NCBI GenBank assembly: GCA_020697715.1
Contig: JAEHCO010000001.1
Coordinates: 256,001 to 320,000 of the forward strand
Direction of reading: 5' to 3'
Origin: Methanobacteriota archaeon
GTDB lineage: Archaea > Thermoplasmatota > Thermoplasmata > SG8-5 > JAGLSY01
DNA: 64,000 nt
The notes beneath the pieces are model-generated. The model was given only the letters and a program-made list of their open reading frames with translations. It searched no databases and was not told the origin of the DNA. Shown here piece after piece: positions 59,812 through 64,000 of this stretch. Each line of letters begins with the position of its first letter. Within the stretch, counting starts at the first letter, position 1. The translations under genes and the position numbers were made by a program.

Positions 59812-60366
59812 TCATTTCAAAAGCGGAGCCACATCCTTGAATTCCTGAGTTCCGGCTTTTTCCATTATTTCGAACATGAACATCTCCGTGCTGGATATCG
59901 TCGCACCCAATGTTCTCATGCGATCCAAACCCACTTTCTTATTCTCAGGTATTCTGGAAGAAACCCCATCACTGATGATGTGGACTTCGTATCCTCTGGC
60001 CAATAAGTCTCTCGTGGTCTGGAACACACACACATGGCATTCGATGCCCGTGATGGCGATGGTCGTCGCACCCAGCTCTAATAATCTATCTTCTATTCCA
60101 TCTTCCCCACAGCAGCTGAAGGTGGTCTTTTCATGAGGCTGGTATTCGCCCAGAGCTTGCTTAATATCTTCCAATGTCTCCCCCAAGCCTCTTGGGTATT
60201 GCTCTGAAAGCACAATGGGTATTCCGATGATCTTTGAGAATTCTATTAATTTGATGACATTCTTTTTTAGTTCTTCTTTGTCCTGGATATTTGGAAATAG
60301 CTTGTCCTGAATATCGATGATCACCAATGCGAGCTTCTCTCTGTCAATACCAGTCTTTTTAGCCAT
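59812..60366 (-). CDS. Isochorismatase-family hydrolase
   Basis: LVIIDIQDKL, SEQYPRGLG.T, KTTFSC, GIECHVCVFQT..DL, DGVSSR. Confidence 0.92.
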   Translation of the reverse strand: MAKKTGIDREKLALVIIDIQDKLFPNIQDKEELKKNVIKLIEFSKIIGIPIVLSEQYPRGLGETLEDIKQALGEYQPHEKTTFSCCGEDGIEDRLLELGATTIAITGIECHVCVFQTTRDLLARGYEVHIISDGVSSRIPENKKVGLDRMRTLGATISSTEMFMFEIMEKAGTQEFKDVAPLLK

Positions 60367-60481
60367 TATACCACATTTCCTGAGATATGATTTACTCCAT
60401 CTTCGAGATAAGGTAAATCACATTCAGATTAATAAAACATTATCATGCAATGGATCCGATCTGTTATTGAACATACATCGA

Positions 60482-61450
60482 TCACAATATCGCATTGAAC
60501 AGCAGTGTCATGACATTGCCAATGATGAAGCTGAATATGAATCCGATGAACATTGGAACGATAAATGGTAATTTGGGGGTGACCCAGACATCGGATATCC
60601 CAAATTCCTTCAATTTCACCAGCTCTTCTTTGGTATCTGCTTTGCGCTTTCCGAAAAGGTACATGACGATCTCTTCATCTCTGACAACTTCCATAAGCCA
60701 GACGAATTTCTTCGGAACATCAATGATATTCATTTTATAACCAAAGAACAAGGCCGGAAATAGATGGTCTTTTCTTTTCATGTTCAGCATAAACATGAAC
60801 AGGACAAAGCCAATAACAGATATTATGGCGGCATTCATCAATACCAGAAAAGCGAAGGGGAACATCATGGGCATGATCTCCACCATGTTCTCGGGATATT
60901 GGATCATGGGAATCACATCGCCAATGGTTGGAAGGAAAGGCACAAGGATCGCGATGGACATGAAGGCCTTCGCATCAGCACCTCCATGGATCAAGCCAGT
61001 GTAGAAGAATATGTATCCAATTATTATCATCATCGGGATGGACAATAATTGAATCGTCGGTATATCCAAACCATTCTTATTGACGACCACGAGAGCGGAT
61101 ACGATCACGATGATGAAAGCCGCCAGGGCGGTGAAGTTCACACCCTTATCACCGACCAATGGCTCCCTGTCCCAGAACACGTCATAGAACATTATCACCG
61201 TCGGAACCAATGCAAGAAGATGAATGGACGAGTACCTATCGGTGTTGATATCCACACCCCCTATAAGATCCACCAGTACCTCGGCGAAAAGAATGATGAT
61301 GGCGGCTGTACCCATTATTATCCAATATTTATTGTCCACGGTCCTTGTTCTCAGATCACTTATGGAAGCCAGACCCAGGATGGTCATGCCCACTATCATC
61401 CTGGCAATGGAGAATAGATCGCTCATCTTGTTTTGGATTGTCTCGCCCAT
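60482..61450 (-). CDS. A24 family prepilin/prearchaellin peptidase (FlaK/PibD-like)
   Basis: ASISDLRTR.V, GGADAKA, C-terminal VWVTPKLPFIVPM..G. Confidence 0.9.
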   Translation of the reverse strand: MGETIQNKMSDLFSIARMIVGMTILGLASISDLRTRTVDNKYWIIMGTAAIIILFAEVLVDLIGGVDINTDRYSSIHLLALVPTVIMFYDVFWDREPLVGDKGVNFTALAAFIIVIVSALVVVNKNGLDIPTIQLLSIPMMIIIGYIFFYTGLIHGGADAKAFMSIAILVPFLPTIGDVIPMIQYPENMVEIMPMMFPFAFLVLMNAAIISVIGFVLFMFMLNMKRKDHLFPALFFGYKMNIIDVPKKFVWLMEVVRDEEIVMYLFGKRKADTKEELVKLKEFGISDVWVTPKLPFIVPMFIGFIFSFIIGNVMTLLFNAIL

Positions 61451-61512
61451 ATATATAAATGTCGAATTGCCAAACCATTTATATAACAGCGGAGTAATAT
61501 CAAAATAGTAAT

Positions 61513-64000
61513 ATGAAAATCATAGAGAACAAGGGGCTGGAAATGAAGATCATGACCATATCCATGGCCATGATATTATTGTTATCTGGTCTTCTTCAGA
61601 TCTTGCCAATTGCGGGGGCGGGGGACATTCCATATGAAATAAGTGACGACGATATGGGGCACACTCTCCAAGATATCGATCAGACACAGGAGATCGAGAA
61701 CATCCTCAACAATATAACAGAGGAATTGATGCAGAGTCGCATACAGGAATTGCAGGATTTCGATACACGTTATTCCTATGCTCTGGAAAATAATTATGCT
61801 GCTGGAGAATACATTTATGAATCCTTTTTGTCAAACGGCCTGGTAACAGAATATGATCCGTTCGTTTATAATGGACATCCGGCAAGAAATGTGATCGCGG
61901 AGCTTCCTGGAAAAACAGCTTCAGATCAGATATTCATCATCTGTGGCCATTATGATTCCACTTCAGGCATACCTTATAAGCTGGCTCCTGGCGCGGATGA
62001 TAATGGGAGCGGAACTGCTGGAGTGATGGTCGCTGCCGAGGTCTTGTCTGACTATGAATTCAATCACACAATAAGGTTCATAGCTTTTTCTATGGAGGAG
62101 CAATGGATGGTAGGCAGCCAGGGTTATGTGAATGATATGATATTGGCTGGAGATAATATCAGCGGTGTTATCAATCTCGATATGATAGCTTACAATCCAG
62201 ATGCTGGAACTAATTTTGTAAATATCTGCCCAGATTTTGATGATGCTGGTGTTTCCACAGACCTAGTGAATTTCGCAAACCAGACTGCTCAAAAATACGA
62301 GCATATTTCCAATATACGGACATTTGATGAGCCTTATGGGAACAGTGATCACGCCTCTTTCTCTCCATCTTTTCCTGCCTTCATGTTCATCGAGAAAGAG
62401 TGGCAATCTAATCCGAACTATCACCTACCCACAGATACATTGGCAGCATTGAACATGACCTATTGTGCCAATGTCACCCAGGTGGCTGTCGCCATCATGG
62501 CTGAACTTGCAGAGATGCGAAGTTCAGATAATTCATCCCCCGTCATGCACGATATATTCCCGGATGATGAAGGTTGGGGCAGTGAGAATACTACGATCTC
62601 ACTGGAAATTGTGGATCCATCTTTGATAGATCCAACCAGTGTCAAGCTCTTCGTGAATGGCACAGGGGTATCTCCATTATTGACGCCCATTCCATTGGGA
62701 TACAATGTCTCTTTCATTAATCCAGTTGACTTTCAGGATCTGGATATCATCACAGTCAATATAATTGCTAATGACACGGCCGGTAATGTATTGAATAGCA
62801 ATTGGACCTTCACTATTGATGGGGTGTACCCATCGATTCCAGCAGATATCAATATAGATTTTGTAAGGATAGAAATGGACAAACAAGGCCTGGTTCTGGA
62901 TAGAGGAACTGCAGGAGAATATGATGACACGCATGTTGTCAGTCCAAGTGTGATCTTCCATGATAATGAGTACAAGATGTGGTATGCTGGCTATGATGGG
63001 GCAAGATATAGGATATTGTATGCGAATTCCACGGATGCTGTGAATTGGAACAAGCATGGTCTTGTTCTATCTACAGGAGCAATTGGCAGTTCGGATTATT
63101 ATCATGTCTTAGACCCCTCGGTGATCTTCCATGATAATGAGTACAAGATGTGGTACTCGGGATTGGGCGATACTTGGACCATATTGTATGCGAATTCCAC
63201 AGATGGCATTAACTGGGTCAAGCAAGGGATATCCATAGACCTTGGATCTATTGGTGATAATGACGAAATATCGGTCGTAAGATCATCCGTGATGTATGAT
63301 GGGGAATACAAGATGTGGTACTCGGGATTGGGCGATACTTGGACCATATTGTATGCGAATTCCACGGATGGGATCAATTGGGATAAGCTTGGCAGTCCAG
63401 TCTTGAGCAATAATATAGCTGGTGATATGGACACCTTCCATACCCTTTATCCGACAGTGGCGAAGATGCCGGATGGCTACGGGATGTGGTATGCTGGGTG
63501 TTCGGAGGATGTCGTATACAGGACCTTGTATGCTAATTCCACCAATGGTATAAACTGGACAAGGCAGGGATTGGCTATCGATGTAGGATCTGGTATGGGT
63601 CCTGATGTGGAGCAGGTCAGCCGGCCAGCTGTTCTGATAAAAGATGGGGTCATTCATATTTGGTACTCCGGAAAGAGCAATGAGAATATTTGGAGAATAC
63701 TCTATTCCAAGCTCACAGGGGCAGAGGAAAAGACAGATCTATCGATCAACTGGCCAGCATCCACTTCGGATGATGTTCAATATTATGACCTGATAAGAGC
63801 AAATGACCCCAAAGATCTGCAAACTGCAGGCAGTTATATCCATCTCTCTTCCAATGCCTATGTGGACACAGGGGTTGGAGAGGGAAATTCATCAAATTAT
63901 TATTACACATTGAAGGTGGTGGACAAGGTCGGGCATGTGAGCCAACATACCATCGTGGTCGGGAAGATAGGGGTTGAAACACAATATGGATGGAATCTTT
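61513..64000 (+). CDS. Secreted M28 aminopeptidase fused to Ig-like and five-bladed beta-propeller repeats (runs off the window end)
   Basis: Frame is open from ATG 61513 (or 61543) to the end, so it is missing from the ORF track. Signal peptide, IICGHYDS, PGADDNGSG, FSMEEQ..GS, NLDMI, SDH.SF, YH..TD, then repeated PSVI...YKMWY.G....ILYANSTDG.NW blades. Confidence 0.88.
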   Translation, partial: MKIIENKGLEMKIMTISMAMILLLSGLLQILPIAGAGDIPYEISDDDMGHTLQDIDQTQEIENILNNITEELMQSRIQELQDFDTRYSYALENNYAAGEYIYESFLSNGLVTEYDPFVYNGHPARNVIAELPGKTASDQIFIICGHYDSTSGIPYKLAPGADDNGSGTAGVMVAAEVLSDYEFNHTIRFIAFSMEEQWMVGSQGYVNDMILAGDNISGVINLDMIAYNPDAGTNFVNICPDFDDAGVSTDLVNFANQTAQKYEHISNIRTFDEPYGNSDHASFSPSFPAFMFIEKEWQSNPNYHLPTDTLAALNMTYCANVTQVAVAIMAELAEMRSSDNSSPVMHDIFPDDEGWGSENTTISLEIVDPSLIDPTSVKLFVNGTGVSPLLTPIPLGYNVSFINPVDFQDLDIITVNIIANDTAGNVLNSNWTFTIDGVYPSIPADINIDFVRIEMDKQGLVLDRGTAGEYDDTHVVSPSVIFHDNEYKMWYAGYDGARYRILYANSTDAVNWNKHGLVLSTGAIGSSDYYHVLDPSVIFHDNEYKMWYSGLGDTWTILYANSTDGINWVKQGISIDLGSIGDNDEISVVRSSVMYDGEYKMWYSGLGDTWTILYANSTDGINWDKLGSPVLSNNIAGDMDTFHTLYPTVAKMPDGYGMWYAGCSEDVVYRTLYANSTNGINWTRQGLAIDVGSGMGPDVEQVSRPAVLIKDGVIHIWYSGKSNENIWRILYSKLTGAEEKTDLSINWPASTSDDVQYYDLIRANDPKDLQTAGSYIHLSSNAYVDTGVGEGNSSNYYYTLKVVDKVGHVSQHTIVVGKIGVETQYGWNL

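Noticed and set aside
370-63982. Many short alternative-frame and antisense ORFs in the ORF track (e.g. 4287-4784, 11812-12300, 48391-49065, 57288-57848, 62460-63982)
   Set aside because: They are shadows of well-supported genes on the other strand or frame and have no recognisable motifs.

Overview
Archaeal chromosomal DNA, most likely from a Thermoplasmatota (Thermoplasmata-like) organism. This assignment is an inference from rps17e, rps3ae, TFS, Cgi121, archaeal ThrRS, several KaiC/RAD55 ATPases, DUF835, an intron-containing tRNA-Met and GGTGA/GGAGG Shine-Dalgarno sites. Most of the window is housekeeping or metabolic: an ABC-2 exporter, a CBS-HPF ribosome hibernation factor, HDAC, an OFA-type MFS with beta-carbonic anhydrase, SatP with an acyl-CoA synthetase, a regulator-grpE-dnaK-dnaJ operon, ClC, cupin PGI, a tungsten AOR locus, ABC-F, thrS, a CPA1 antiporter, a prepilin peptidase, two large surface proteins and four tRNAs. 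The strongest candidates for something new are: (1) a visibly AT-rich, tightly coupled 5-gene island at 39771-44323 (SPPY amino-methyltransferase, viperin-like radical SAM, tandem MazG, NUDIX, membrane-anchored SAM methyltransferase) that looks like an undescribed nucleotide-modification or defence system, followed by PpnP, TIM-barrel and radical SAM genes, two of which share a homologous leader; (2) a three-copy, strand-specific, structured non-coding repeat with IS200/IS605-like hairpins; (3) an AOR-linked ECF-S-like membrane protein plus catalytically dead Moco-fold proteins, possibly for pterin-cofactor scavenging; (4) a NucS-N/RQC/HRDC fusion with no catalytic domain; (5) a second palindromic repeat family and several unexplained structured intergenic regions. 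All family calls come from motif recognition by eye; no database searches were run.
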